Assembly (NCBI GenBank): GCA_963727895.1
Contig: CAVSHT010000009.1
Span: 160,001 to 224,000, forward strand
Reading direction: 5' to 3'
DNA length: 64,000 bases
DNA from: an uncultured Methanosarcinaceae archaeon
Lineage (GTDB): Archaea > Halobacteriota > Methanosarcinia > Methanosarcinales > Methanosarcinaceae
The notes beneath the pieces are model-generated. The model was given only the letters and a program-made list of their open reading frames with translations. It did no database searches and had not been told where the DNA came from. This document shows, one piece after another, positions 45,420 through 56,876 of this stretch. A program made the translations under genes and the position numbers. Within the stretch, counting starts at the first letter, position 1. Every line of letters begins with the position of its first letter.

Positions 45420-46613
45420 ATGGGCAAGATATTCAAAAAACGGACTTTGATTGATGAAGCTTTAAAAATTTTTCTTGAGAATATTTCTACTACAAGAAAA
45501 ACAGAAGAAGTTCCACTCGAAGTCTGCACAGATAGAGTGCTGGCAGAATCTATAACTTCGGAAAGAAATGTACCTCATTACCGGCGTGCTGCCATGGATG
45601 GATACGCATTAAAGGCTTCTGATACTCTGGGAGCTGCACCATCAAATCCGATAATGCTCCAACTTTCTGACAGAATAGAAGAAGGAAGCTTGACCTGGGT
45701 CCATACCGGGGATGTAATGCCTGAAGGAGCTGATGCTGTTATAACAGTTGAGGATACTATTTCCGCAGGAAATCTTATTGAGATCCAGGCTCAAGCTTAT
45801 CCGAACAGGAATGTGGGACAGATTGGAGAGGACATAAAGAAAGGGGAACGAATTTTTGAAACAGGTCATCTTCTTCGTCCATGTGATGCAGCTGTGCTTG
45901 CATCGATTGGGATTGACAGAATAAAGGTTTTCAAAAAGCCTGTTGTTGCCGTCATTCCGACAGGAGACGAACTCGTAAGTCGTAAAAAAAGAATGGATGT
46001 CCCCCTTCCGGGTATGGTGCTTGAGACTAATGGATTGATGTCGAATCTTTATGTAAAGAAATGGGGTGGAATTCCTCGAGATGTCGAAATAGTTCCTGAC
46101 AATCCAGATTGTATAAAAAAGGCCATAGAAGAAAATCTGGATGCCGATATGATTCTTCTTTCAGGCGGGACATCAGTAGGGAAAAGAGACTATGCTCCTG
46201 AGGTCGTAGCAAATCTTGGAGAACTGCTCGTACATGGTATAGGAGTAAGCCCTGGAAAACCTGCAGCTATTGGGGTAATAAAAAATATCCCTGTTGTTTG
46301 CCTGCCAGGTTATCCTGTAGCAGGACTAGTTGGCCTTTATTTATTTGTTCGCCCAGGTATAAGGAAACTGGCAGCAATTCAAGAGATTCCAAAGCTGATT
46401 CTTAAAAAACGCCTGGCTGCAAAAATCAGTTCGAAAATAGGATATGTAAGTTTTGTCCGTGTTGTCTTCGAAAGGGATAAAGTGCATCCTTTGGCAGGAG
46501 CCTTATCAGGGGCACTTAGTTCCGTTGCAAAGGCTGACGGATATGTACTGGTACCAGAAAATGTTGAAGGGTATGAAGAAGGAGAAGAAGTGGACGTCTT
46601 TTTAATCGAGTGA
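45420..46613 (+). CDS. moeA: molybdopterin molybdotransferase
   Basis: AAMDGYA, TGDEL, SGGTSVG..D, PGKP, LPGYP. Confidence 0.93.
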   Translation: MGKIFKKRTLIDEALKIFLENISTTRKTEEVPLEVCTDRVLAESITSERNVPHYRRAAMDGYALKASDTLGAAPSNPIMLQLSDRIEEGSLTWVHTGDVMPEGADAVITVEDTISAGNLIEIQAQAYPNRNVGQIGEDIKKGERIFETGHLLRPCDAAVLASIGIDRIKVFKKPVVAVIPTGDELVSRKKRMDVPLPGMVLETNGLMSNLYVKKWGGIPRDVEIVPDNPDCIKKAIEENLDADMILLSGGTSVGKRDYAPEVVANLGELLVHGIGVSPGKPAAIGVIKNIPVVCLPGYPVAGLVGLYLFVRPGIRKLAAIQEIPKLILKKRLAAKISSKIGYVSFVRVVFERDKVHPLAGALSGALSSVAKADGYVLVPENVEGYEEGEEVDVFLIE

Positions 46614-47050
46614 CACACCGCAAGCCACTCAAGGTTAAAAATATCCCTACTAGCATTATGATAGTGAAATTTTAACACTATCTGCTACTCTTCGAACTTA
46701 CTTTTTTACTTATTTTGAGCCAAAAAAGGGTTTATTTCTTGAGAGAAGAGTTTTGAAATAGTATAGAAGTTTGTATCTTCGAAAAAGAAACTCTAAAAAC
46801 CCTTGAACAAGAGCAAAAATTCTCCCTTTTCTGAATATTGCATTTTGGATTTTTCAGGATTTGTTAAGAAAGAAATCACATTTAGAAAAAAGGGACATCA
46901 TAAAAAGTGTATGGTAGAAAAATTTGTAACAGAAAATCCATTACAGAAAAAGTTGATTAAAAACATTATCTGTAAAATATTGTTTTACAAAAAAATTTAT
47001 GAATACTTAAAAAGAAAATTGGAATAAGGTTTAATTAAAAACCCTTTAAA

Positions 47051-47233
<183 letters not shown>

Positions 47234-47576
47234 TCACTAAGTTTTGATTTTAATATTCTTTAAATTTAGCTGTAATTTATTACTTTATATACCCAAGTAT
47301 TCGCTTATTGCTGGACACTGCCGGTTGCCGCGGATTTTTATCTCCTCGACAGAGTCTCAATAAACAGATATTCAAACAGAAGTTACCTGTTCGATGATGT
47401 AGAATTGATAATTCTCAATGATACTTGAAGAATACTCTATTCCTTGAAGCCTGAAAGTGCGAAAGTATAAATGTCATCAAGCCTTGGATTTGTTATTAAA
47501 AGAAATGCTAGTAATTAAATGTTACGGATATCAGATTGAAATAAGGTAAACTTAAAAAATTCTGTTTTTAAAAAAG

Positions 47577-48296
47577 GTGATTAGCGTAATAAAAAATATA
47601 CAATCAATGCTTGCAGATATACGAGAAGAACTTGCAAGCATAAAAGAATTTCCTGATCCTGAATTTGTTGGCATTATTAAAGAGCTGGGATTTAGATGTG
47701 AACTCTGTGCACGCTGCTGCACTAAAGAGTTTAATGACCACGTTTTTCTGCTCGATGCAGACCTGACCGTTATAAGGCAAATAAATCCTGATGCTATTAT
47801 TCCTGCACCTTGCCCTGAGTTTTGCGATCAGAAGGGCAGGTTCTATGTCTCAGGTTATGCCCTGAAAACAAAGCCTGACGGTTCCTGTGTTTTCCTTGAG
47901 AATAAACGCTGCAAAATATATGATAGCCGACCTTCAATCTGCAGGGTTTATCCTTATATGCTTCATCGAGAAGCAGATGATTCAGGCAAAGTAGACTGGC
48001 GCCAGATAAGCGGCTTAAACGAACACGGAAGCTACAATTTTGAACTAGAAGATTCTGAATGTGAAGTAATTGCGCGGGAAACTAGAACTTATGAAGAGTC
48101 TTACCTGAAACAGATGATCGGTTTTTTTGAAGCTGTGGATGCCTATTTCAGAAAAAACGGCTTGAAACATGTTCAAAGTATATATGACCGCAAAATGCGA
48201 GAATTTCTTAAAGGCAAGTCTGAACTTGAAATTTTCGTATACAATAAGAGCGAATTTGAAAAATATAATTTTAAGTTAGATACCAATAAACAGTGA
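47577..48296 (+). CDS. YkgJ-family Cys-cluster (CxxCxxCC) protein
   Basis: FRCELCARCC, CVFL..CKIY..RP.ICRVYPY. Confidence 0.9.
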   Translation: MISVIKNIQSMLADIREELASIKEFPDPEFVGIIKELGFRCELCARCCTKEFNDHVFLLDADLTVIRQINPDAIIPAPCPEFCDQKGRFYVSGYALKTKPDGSCVFLENKRCKIYDSRPSICRVYPYMLHREADDSGKVDWRQISGLNEHGSYNFELEDSECEVIARETRTYEESYLKQMIGFFEAVDAYFRKNGLKHVQSIYDRKMREFLKGKSELEIFVYNKSEFEKYNFKLDTNKQ

Positions 48297-48556
48297 AGTA
48301 AAATGAATTAATGAATGACCCAAAAAGCAACCATATCAGTCCTAATTTAGACAAAAAATTAAATTTAAAATTAAATAGCAGTGTTAATATTTTTTGCACT
48401 TAATTTATGATGAAACAAACCTAAAATAGAGAAATAGCAACGCTATAGGATAAAACGTTGCTATCCAAAGATATTCATATTTTTAATTTAAGTGCAAAAT
48501 CAAACAATTTCAATATAACAATTCAATGTAATTACGTTGAATATAGAGAGTTAATT

Positions 48557-48775
48557 TTATTTCTTGAGAATTTTGACTATTGGTTTAGTTACTGGTTTTT
48601 TGGTAACTTTAACTACTTGTTTAGTTACTGGTTTTTTGACAACTTTAGTTACTAGATTAACTAGTTTGTGATGTACATTGTCATTTACTTGTGCGCTTAC
48701 TGCTCCAGCTGTCACTGTAACCATAAAACATACTGCAAGCAAAACAGCAAGTGTTTTCTTGATTTGTTTTAACAT
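48557..48775 (-). CDS. secreted cationic Lys/Val-rich peptide
   Basis: AGGAG RBS; signal KKTLAVLLAVCFMVTVTAGAVSA; KKPVTK repeats. Confidence 0.75.
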   Translation of the reverse strand: MLKQIKKTLAVLLAVCFMVTVTAGAVSAQVNDNVHHKLVNLVTKVVKKPVTKQVVKVTKKPVTKPIVKILKK

Positions 48776-49370
48776 TTTTTAACTCCTTATTGAATTATTG
48801 ATTAATTAATGACATTTTAGACAATCGCAGTGGAAAAATAATAGAACATTATTTTTTAGAACACTATTTTCTTCAACTGCAATTATCTAGAGGTTGTCTT
48901 GCTGACTTTTGCACCAACGATTCATAAATCAGAATTAAAAAATATAACGTTACTTATATACTAAGAGAATAATCTAATTTATTTTTAAAAAAAGCTTTAT
49001 CCAACTGTGAATCTCAAAAAAACATTAAATAAAGAAATTAATACTTATTAAGCTCTATTAAGAGCGGATAAAATAGAAGAAAAAAGAATTTTATTTCAAA
49101 AAATATGTAATAATATAGCTTAAATATTGAAAAAAGAATAGAATATAAGGATTAATGTTTTTTTGAGTCATAGAATAGGTTATTTAGGAAAGAGGACGTA
49201 AATTTTCCACATATTAGATAAATATGAGTATTTAATAACTGAAAAAACAAAATAAAGAAATAGAACGGCCAATCATGAATATAAAAAACTCAAAGGATTT
49301 CAATAAAACCAAAATGGTGAGTTATAAGAAAAGTATAAAACTTCCAATATAAGTATTTAAATAAAAATTT

Positions 49371-50110
49371 GGCTTTGATACTTAAACATAGTTATATACT
49401 ATTAGAAAGTATATTTCTTCATGAACTGCCCCAGATGCAATAGTTCCAGTCACAAAAAGAACGGTATAGTTGGCGGGCGTCAACGGTACAAATGCTCTGA
49501 TTGTGGCTATAACTATACAGTAGAGCTAAAATCAACTGCTTTTTCCGCTTTTGTAAAAAGACAGGCTTTACAACTCTATCTTGAAGGATTGGGCTTTCGT
49601 TCAATAGGACGATTTTTAGGGGTGAGTCATGTTTCTGTCCAAAGATGGATAAAGAAATTTGGTCAGGAGTTAGAGGACCTAAAAAGTGAAAATGAGATAT
49701 CTATTGTTGAAATGGATGAAATGCACACTTACATCGGTAACAAAAAAAATATTGCTGGATCTGGATTGCTGTTGATAGAGTTGGGAAAAAGTTCATCAAC
49801 TGCTCTTTTGGTAGCAGAGGAACAGAAACTGGAAAACTACTCTGGGAAAAAGTGAAGAAAAAAGAGATTGGAGAAGTAATGACAGATCACTGGAGAGCAT
49901 ATGCAGAGTTTCTTCCAGAAAAGAGTCATACTCAATCAAAAGCAGAAACATTTACAGTTGAGGGATATAACAGCATATTGAGGCATTTTCTAGCAAGATT
50001 GAGAAGAAAGACAAAGTGTTATACAAAAAGTCTTGAAATGCTAAAGTACTCGGTTATTCTATTGATGAAATACAGAAATAAAGAGTTAACTATGTTTAAT
50101 TAACAATGCC
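49371..50110 (+). mobile_element. intact IS1-family element, 740 bp
   Basis: InsA 49421-49855, InsB to 50103, A8 slip site 49742-49749; 23-bp TIRs; 8-bp TSD AAAAATTT. Confidence 0.97.
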
Positions 50111-50622
50111 AAAAATTTTAAAGCGGACATAAATTAACTGACAGTATGCCTTTTTTAAGATTATTTGATATTAAGTAACCAAAAAACAAAAACAACGGAG
50201 AAATTGTAAGAAAAAACTTAGTTGCTGTGTTTAGATATCCAAGTTACTTTGCAATTTAGTCGTTCAATATTAAAAATACCACAAAAAAGATAATTTTGAT
50301 TAAAAACTTGTGCTTATTAATAAAAAAGCCATTCTCAAAGTCGAATATGTCATATTGTGACATAATAATCAGTATGACATCAGACCATAAAATACCGCAC
50401 TTTACTTCTCGCCGTAAGTAAAATCTGGTGTCGCATCTGCTCAAGTAGTCGTTTTCGGAAAGAATTCAAAAATTTATGTTTATGATGATAAATGAATATT
50501 GATTACTTGCTTAAAACAAAGGGAAAACAATTAGTACTAAATATATTTAGTTGGAACACTTAAATGCAGTTCAAAAATTACACTTATAACATGATAAGAA
50601 ATGCTGGAGATAAGTTAAAGCC

Positions 50623-50892
50623 ATGAACATTGATCTAGATGAAATGCTTCAATTAGCATCAAGTTTTTTAGCGTTTTTTCTTTTTATTATTTCTTTTCTT
50701 GCATATATGCGAGAACGGAGGAAAAAACTATTTCTGTTATCTGCAGCATTTTTTTTCTATTCGCTAATGGAGTTTTTAGATGCAGGTGATATATTTTCTC
50801 CTAAAATAGGCGAATATTTTGAAATAGCGGGCAACTCTTTGAATTTTGTTATATTGGCGCTGTTTTTTCTTTCCATGATTACAAAAGAGTAG
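50623..50892 (+). CDS. small 3-TM membrane protein
   Basis: 89 aa, GGAG RBS, directly upstream of HTH gene. Confidence 0.8.
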   Translation: MNIDLDEMLQLASSFLAFFLFIISFLAYMRERRKKLFLLSAAFFFYSLMEFLDAGDIFSPKIGEYFEIAGNSLNFVILALFFLSMITKE

Positions 50893-50899
50893 GGTTGAA

Positions 50900-51424
50900 A
50901 TGGAATTTGAACTCGATACTAGAAGGAGAATCTACGAACAAATAAAAAAATCTCCTGGAATCCACTTCAGAGAAATCGAGCGAAGGCTGAACGTGGTAGT
51001 GGGCAATTTGCAGTATCACCTCCAGTATCTAGAAAAGAAAAAACTGATAGTAGCTTCAAATGACGATGATTACGTCCGCTATTTTGCAGTAGATAAGAAC
51101 TTAAACGAAAAAAAGAGAAAAATATTGTCTCTGTTAAGAAGATCCAGCTGCAGGCACATTCTCGTTCAACTACTTAAGAATCCTGACCTTAATAATAAAG
51201 ATATTTCTTCAGCTGTTGGTCTCTCACCTTCAACCATTTCCTGGAATCTAAACAAACTTGTTGAAACTGGAGTAATTGAAAGAAAAAAAACCGGAAGGGT
51301 AAGTAACTTTATAATCATCGATCCTACCACAGTTGTCGAACTTCTTATCTGCTACAAAGAAAGCTTTCTTGATACTCTAGTTGATGGTTTTATTGAAATG
51401 TGGGAATTCAAGAACTCTAAGTAG
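50900..51424 (+). CDS. double winged-HTH transcriptional regulator
   Basis: PGIHFREIERRL..LQYHL; LSPSTISWNLNKL. Confidence 0.9.
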   Translation: MEFELDTRRRIYEQIKKSPGIHFREIERRLNVVVGNLQYHLQYLEKKKLIVASNDDDYVRYFAVDKNLNEKKRKILSLLRRSSCRHILVQLLKNPDLNNKDISSAVGLSPSTISWNLNKLVETGVIERKKTGRVSNFIIIDPTTVVELLICYKESFLDTLVDGFIEMWEFKNSK

Positions 51425-51844
51425 TTTGATCGTCTATATTTTGGTTGATATTATTCCAAGGATAGAAATACACCTTTTAGCTATTCTTTTCTGGTAAACT
51501 TATCACTTTATTAAGAACCCTTCAGTATGACATTAAACTGAATCACAAGCCATATTCTAAGTAACGTAAGAAAAACATCAATAAGGGATTGCTGGATAAT
51601 CAAAGTGTTGTGTTAGTCTCGTTCTCCGAATTTTGTTTCATTGATTTTTTTACTATATTGAGACATCTTGGTTAATTTAATGTGGATGATATATACATTA
51701 AATTCAAAATACGCTTGCAAGAGAATGTTGACTTGTGACTTAAAATATCATAGAGATCAGCTTAATTATACGTTTTTAACAATTTACTGACTAAAAATAC
51801 ATGAAAACTTATATGGTTACTGAATAAAAGTTTAAATTATTTAT

Positions 51845-51929
51845 TGTGGCGGGAAACATGGAAGAAACTTGGAAAAACCCGCCACATTCTCACATGGAAG
51901 AAAGCCGCCACATTCTCACATGGAGGAAG
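51845..51929. repeat. 26-bp tandem duplication with inverted partner upstream of S-layer gene
   Basis: CCGCCACATTCTCACATGGA at 51879 and 51905; TGTGGCGG at 51845. Confidence 0.8.
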
Positions 51930-52361
51930 GCCTAAAACATTTTGCAGTGTTGATCCCGATTTATCACCGCAATAACCTTCATTTTTCAGTCCTCATATGA
52001 CATAATATATATTCTGGTACATTATTCGAAAAGTAGTACAATTGTCGAATAATAGTACAATATTCGAATAGTCAAAATAGTATATAGTTGGAAGGTTTAA
52101 ACGATTTACAATGGCAATGCGTATCGAAAATTTTTTAAATTCATTTAGATTACATAAATCAAGGACCACAACAGAGTTATAAGGAGCTATTTTATAAGAG
52201 GCTGTAAACTAATTTTCGGGGTGAGAAGACACGAAACAATCTTCGACAATTAACGAAATTCAAGATTTGGTTGATGAAGAATGGGGAAACCCCTTCATTA
52301 TTGATCCCGATAATTCTTCTTACATATAATAATTCTTAACAAATATGGAGGAAACAATAAA

Positions 52362-54407
52362 ATGAAGAGATTTGTAGCAGTTACACTGGCTACTCTCATG
52401 CTTCTGACTGTATTTGCATCCGCTGCAATGGCTGATGATAATAATACAACCTCAGCAGTGAGTACAATTGAGATCCGTGGTCCAGTGTATAACGGCTCTA
52501 ATATTGCCGATATTCTTAACCAGAATGACGGTAACGTTACAATGGATGCTAATAAATTTGCAGCATTCTATTACGACCTTAACAACAATGTGACAACCGA
52601 GTCTCTTTCTATTAAGAATATTGCTGGCACTTCTGGCAGGACTATAGGAGAGAATGGTTTAGTATATACAACAACGATTGGACAGACCGATTACAAGTAC
52701 GGAGATTGGGGCAACTACAGTGTGCTCGGTTTCTTCGCAGACAAGTATATCCCACTCAAATATAACGACGCTAGCAAGCTTGCAAAGCTTGTTCTTGACA
52801 GCGATGACAAGTACACTCTGAAGACCGGAGATAAACTTGACCTTGGTGACGGATACACTCTCGAAGCCAAGCAAGTAGATGTTGATGGTAAGAAAGTCTG
52901 GCTTGAATTCGACAAGGATGGACAGTATGTGGATGACCAGATTGTCTCAACTGACTCTGGAGATAGCACCTGGACCTGTAAAGTTGACAACGTGCAGGGC
53001 GAAGATAATGTTCCTGTCCTGAAAGTCCACGTCAACCAGGTCTTCCAGGGTGCGGTCGACAGCATTGCTCAGGTCGATGGTCTCTGGCTAATTGACTACG
53101 CAAACGCTATTAAGATTGATACTAGCGATGAATTCGGCAAACTAAACAATGTAGCCATTAATGGCCCCACCATTACCATCAACAACAAAGATACATTCAC
53201 TCTGACTAGAGACTCTGATCAGGAAATTGGACAGGGATTATACTTCAGGGTTGCTGATTCCGATGCGCTCAGATTCTATGCCTTTAAGCAGCAAACAACT
53301 TCTGGAACCTATGATATAAGAGGAACCGTTGTTTCCGGCGAACAGTCTTACAATTGGACTTCAAACAACTTTGCTGGTTTCTTCTACGACCTAAATAAGA
53401 ATGTTGGAACCGAAACTTTGAGCGTCTCTGGCGTTAGCGGAAGAACTATTCCAAAATATGGCCTCAACTACAGCACCACTATAAAAAGTGTTGATTATAA
53501 GGCCAGTGATGTTTTCAATGGAACTTACCCAGTTCTCGGCTTCTTTGCGCAGAAGTATGTTCCTCTGAAATCCAATGATGCCAGCAAGCTTGCCAAGCTC
53601 GTTCTTGACAGTGATGACAAGTACACTCTAAAGACCGGAGATAAACTTGACCTTGGTGACGGATACACTCTCGAAGCCAAGCAGGTAGATGTTGACGGTA
53701 AGAAAGTCTGGCTTGAATTCGACAAGGACGGACAGTATGTGGACGACCAGATTGTCTCAACTGACTCTGGAGATGGAGTCTGGACCTCTAAAATTGACAA
53801 TGTACAGGGCGAAGACAATGTTCCTGTTCTGAAAGTCCATATCAACCAAGTATTCCAGGGCGCAGTCGACAGCATTGCACAGATTGATGGTCTCTGGCTC
53901 ATTGACTACGCAAACGCTATTAAGATCGATACTAGCAATGAATTCGGCAAACTTGATAATGTAGCTATCAATGGACCTACAATTACCATCAACAACAAAG
54001 ATACATTCAGTCTGACTAGAGATTCTGATCAGGAAATTGGGCAGGGAATGTACTTCAAGGTCGCCGACTCCGATGCACTCAGATATTACCCATACGTTCA
54101 GCAGACCCTCAGTAATGGGACAGTTGCAACCAGCTCGGGTAATACAAGCATCGATAACACAACAAGCGTCAATAGTACAACAAGTATCAATAACACGACT
54201 ACTCCAGCTGTAGGCAATGAAACCGCCCCGTCTGACAATATGACCAACGGAACACCAAGTGCACCTACAACTCCAGAAGAGACTCCTGCTACAAATAATA
54301 CAACAGCAACAAACACCTCTACTAAGAGTAAAACACCAGGATTCGAGATTCTACCTGGAATTATTGGACTTCTTGCAGTTGTCTACTTTGTCAGGAGGAA
54401 CAAGTAA
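52362..54407 (+). CDS. S-layer protein with duplicated DUF1608 domains and PGF-CTERM anchor
   Basis: Signal peptide, two near-identical domains, Thr/Asn linker, TPGFEIL..VRRNK. Confidence 0.95.
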   Translation: MKRFVAVTLATLMLLTVFASAAMADDNNTTSAVSTIEIRGPVYNGSNIADILNQNDGNVTMDANKFAAFYYDLNNNVTTESLSIKNIAGTSGRTIGENGLVYTTTIGQTDYKYGDWGNYSVLGFFADKYIPLKYNDASKLAKLVLDSDDKYTLKTGDKLDLGDGYTLEAKQVDVDGKKVWLEFDKDGQYVDDQIVSTDSGDSTWTCKVDNVQGEDNVPVLKVHVNQVFQGAVDSIAQVDGLWLIDYANAIKIDTSDEFGKLNNVAINGPTITINNKDTFTLTRDSDQEIGQGLYFRVADSDALRFYAFKQQTTSGTYDIRGTVVSGEQSYNWTSNNFAGFFYDLNKNVGTETLSVSGVSGRTIPKYGLNYSTTIKSVDYKASDVFNGTYPVLGFFAQKYVPLKSNDASKLAKLVLDSDDKYTLKTGDKLDLGDGYTLEAKQVDVDGKKVWLEFDKDGQYVDDQIVSTDSGDGVWTSKIDNVQGEDNVPVLKVHINQVFQGAVDSIAQIDGLWLIDYANAIKIDTSNEFGKLDNVAINGPTITINNKDTFSLTRDSDQEIGQGMYFKVADSDALRYYPYVQQTLSNGTVATSSGNTSIDNTTSVNSTTSINNTTTPAVGNETAPSDNMTNGTPSAPTTPEETPATNNTTATNTSTKSKTPGFEILPGIIGLLAVVYFVRRNK

Positions 54408-54644
54408 ATTTTCAGAGTGAAGGATTTTCTTAATCCTTCTTTCTTTTACTTTTTTACTAAAATTCTAATTGAATGATAGAATTCTACATTTGCCATCTTT
54501 TCCTATATAAAAATCAATAACTACATACATCGAGAAAAAGCAACTACATGTTTCGGAATATTTTTTACATATCCTAGTATTAGAAAAACAAGTTCCAAGG
54601 TAAAATTAGAAAAGTTACAAAGGCAAGAAAAATTAAGAAACAAT

Positions 54645-55331
54645 CTAATTTATTTTTCCTTTGACCTTCCACTTAAGAAGCAATCCTTCCTCGACTTTTT
54701 CAGCAGAAATAAGTTCAAGCCCAAGAAGTTCGGCTTCCGTGAATCCTTCTCCATCAGTAAAAGTTGGAGCTGTTTTTCCTCCTATTATAAGATTTCCAAC
54801 GAAAGTATAGACTTCATCAACAAGACCAGCTGAAAGCATTCCCCAATTCAAAGTTGCTCCTCCTTCAACCATTAGGGTGTTTATTCCTATTTCTTTTAAT
54901 TTTACCGTAAGCTCTGTAAGGTCAACTCTAAGAGTTCCTGTTTTAATAACTAAAGCCTTTTCTTCAAGGAGTTTAATCTTTTCTGTTGGAGCTGAATTTG
55001 AAATCGCAATTATTCTGAGACCTTCGCCTTTTTTAAATACATCAGCATCTAAAGGAATCCTTGCTCTGCTGTCAACAATAATCCTTGCTGGATTTTCACT
55101 TTTTCCTGCGGCTTTTCTGGATGCCTGTCTCTCTACAGACTTTACAGTTAAGCTTGGATCATCCGAAAGGACAGTTCCTATCCCTACCATAACTGCATCT
55201 ACCTGGGCTCGGAGTTCATCAACTCTTTCAAAATCTAGTTTTCCGGAGATTCGGACCTGTTTTCTTTCTTTTGTTGAAAGTTTCCCATCAGCGGACATTG
55301 CGGAATTAATAAAAATAAAAGGTCTATCCAT
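54645..55331 (-). CDS. 2,5-diamino-6-ribosylamino-4(3H)-pyrimidinone 5'-phosphate reductase (RibD C-terminal type)
   Basis: AMSADGK, VGIGTVLSDDPSLTV, MVEGGATL. Confidence 0.93.
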   Translation of the reverse strand: MDRPFIFINSAMSADGKLSTKERKQVRISGKLDFERVDELRAQVDAVMVGIGTVLSDDPSLTVKSVERQASRKAAGKSENPARIIVDSRARIPLDADVFKKGEGLRIIAISNSAPTEKIKLLEEKALVIKTGTLRVDLTELTVKLKEIGINTLMVEGGATLNWGMLSAGLVDEVYTFVGNLIIGGKTAPTFTDGEGFTEAELLGLELISAEKVEEGLLLKWKVKGKIN

Positions 55332-55471
55332 TTTTTGGACTCCTGAAAAAGTAGTTTTAAGAGAAGTATTTCTCGAAAAAACTTCCTATTTGAAGGATTC
55401 TTAACAGGTTTCAAATATTCTTAATCAATCAGCATCTCATTAAAAAAGTATAATAAGAAAATTTGATTTAT

Positions 55472-56326
55472 TTATTCCATTTCTATTAAAGGCTTCAGTA
55501 GATCATGGTCTCTTAAAAGCCCTTGAAGCTTCCTGTTTGAGTTAATGATAGGAACCTGATCAATTCTGTTTCTCTTCATTTTACGTGCGCAGTCGCTGAC
55601 AGATGTAATATATGTAGCTGTAACTGGTTCCTTGATCATTATATCACTTCCAATAAGATTAGGAACCTTAATCCTGGAGACGCTGTAGTAGATGCTCATA
55701 GTATCTCGCATAGACTCCCAGGTCCAAGCATCGTCATCCTGACCTGCAGACATATTTGACATCTCTACACTATCTTCAATTACGCTGGAAGCAATAACGT
55801 CACGATCCGATATTATTCCTACGAGCTCCAAGTTTGCATCAAGTACCGGGACAGCCTTGACACCTGAAAGCTCCATAATTCTAGCAGCAACGGGGAGTGG
55901 TGTTCCACTGTAAACAGCAACTACTTCCTTTTCTACATAATCCTTTATTGGAATATCGATATTCATATCTGCAATTGCACCCACAATGTCTGCCACAGTA
56001 ACAAGTCCCACAAGTTTCCCGTCATCTACTACTGGAAGCCTTCTGATGTTGTGTTCTAAAAGCAAGCGTGCTGCAATCTGCAGATCCGATCCAGAAGATA
56101 TAGTTATTGGATCTCTTGTCATAAGAAGAGCCAATTGTTCTTCTTCAGGGTTTTGTAAAAGGTTTGTTCTGGTTACAACTCCCACAACTTTAGAGTCTTT
56201 AAGTACCGGCACTCCAGAAATATGTTTATTTTTAAGAATTTTTAAAACTTCGTCCCTTGAGCCTGGAAGCGTTGCACTAGCTACGTCCCTTACCATAATA
56301 TCTTCAATGAAGATGCTTTTTGGCAT
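55472..56326 (-). CDS. CBS domain protein
   Basis: four CBS repeats. Confidence 0.9.
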   Translation of the reverse strand: MPKSIFIEDIMVRDVASATLPGSRDEVLKILKNKHISGVPVLKDSKVVGVVTRTNLLQNPEEEQLALLMTRDPITISSGSDLQIAARLLLEHNIRRLPVVDDGKLVGLVTVADIVGAIADMNIDIPIKDYVEKEVVAVYSGTPLPVAARIMELSGVKAVPVLDANLELVGIISDRDVIASSVIEDSVEMSNMSAGQDDDAWTWESMRDTMSIYYSVSRIKVPNLIGSDIMIKEPVTATYITSVSDCARKMKRNRIDQVPIINSNRKLQGLLRDHDLLKPLIEME

Positions 56327-56405
56327 GTAATCTACACCTATCTCTAAATCCTAGTTTTGTTCTCCCACGTTTTATTTCTCAAAAGGCTTTAATTGACAGA
56401 AAGTC

Positions 56406-56855
56406 TTAACTCTGCTTTTCACTCCGGACAACCATAACCGGAACTTTTGAGTTTCTCACTACATTCTCTGCAACACTTCCCATCAAAAATCTGTCGAGAC
56501 CTGTTTTGCCGAGAGTACCCACAACTATTAGGTCAATATCATTATTCTCAGCGAAATTTATAATCTCATTGCTTGGGTGACCTTCCAACAGGACTCCTCT
56601 TACCTCAACCCCTGAAGCTTCTCCGCATTCCTTAACTTCGGATATTGCTTTCTCTCCCTCCTCTTTCAGAGTGTCATACATTGTTTCCCAGCCAGCATCC
56701 ATAGGTAGCGAAGAAAAAGAAGTCATATCTACCACGTAAAGACCATGTACCGTAGCCCCACTAAGTTTTGCAATCTCAATACCATATGAGATAGCTTTAA
56801 GGCTATTTTTGGATCCGTCTGTTGCAATCAATATATTCCTGTAAAATTCACTCAT
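56406..56855 (-). CDS. universal stress protein
   Basis: ILIATDGS, GSVAENVVRNSKVPVMVV. Confidence 0.95.
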   Translation of the reverse strand: MSEFYRNILIATDGSKNSLKAISYGIEIAKLSGATVHGLYVVDMTSFSSLPMDAGWETMYDTLKEEGEKAISEVKECGEASGVEVRGVLLEGHPSNEIINFAENNDIDLIVVGTLGKTGLDRFLMGSVAENVVRNSKVPVMVVRSEKQS

Positions 56856-56876
56856 CTTATTTGTTCTCCATTTTCT

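Noticed and set aside
52700..54090. Long near-identical internal duplication
   Set aside because: Normal tandem DUF1608 domains of Methanosarcina S-layer proteins
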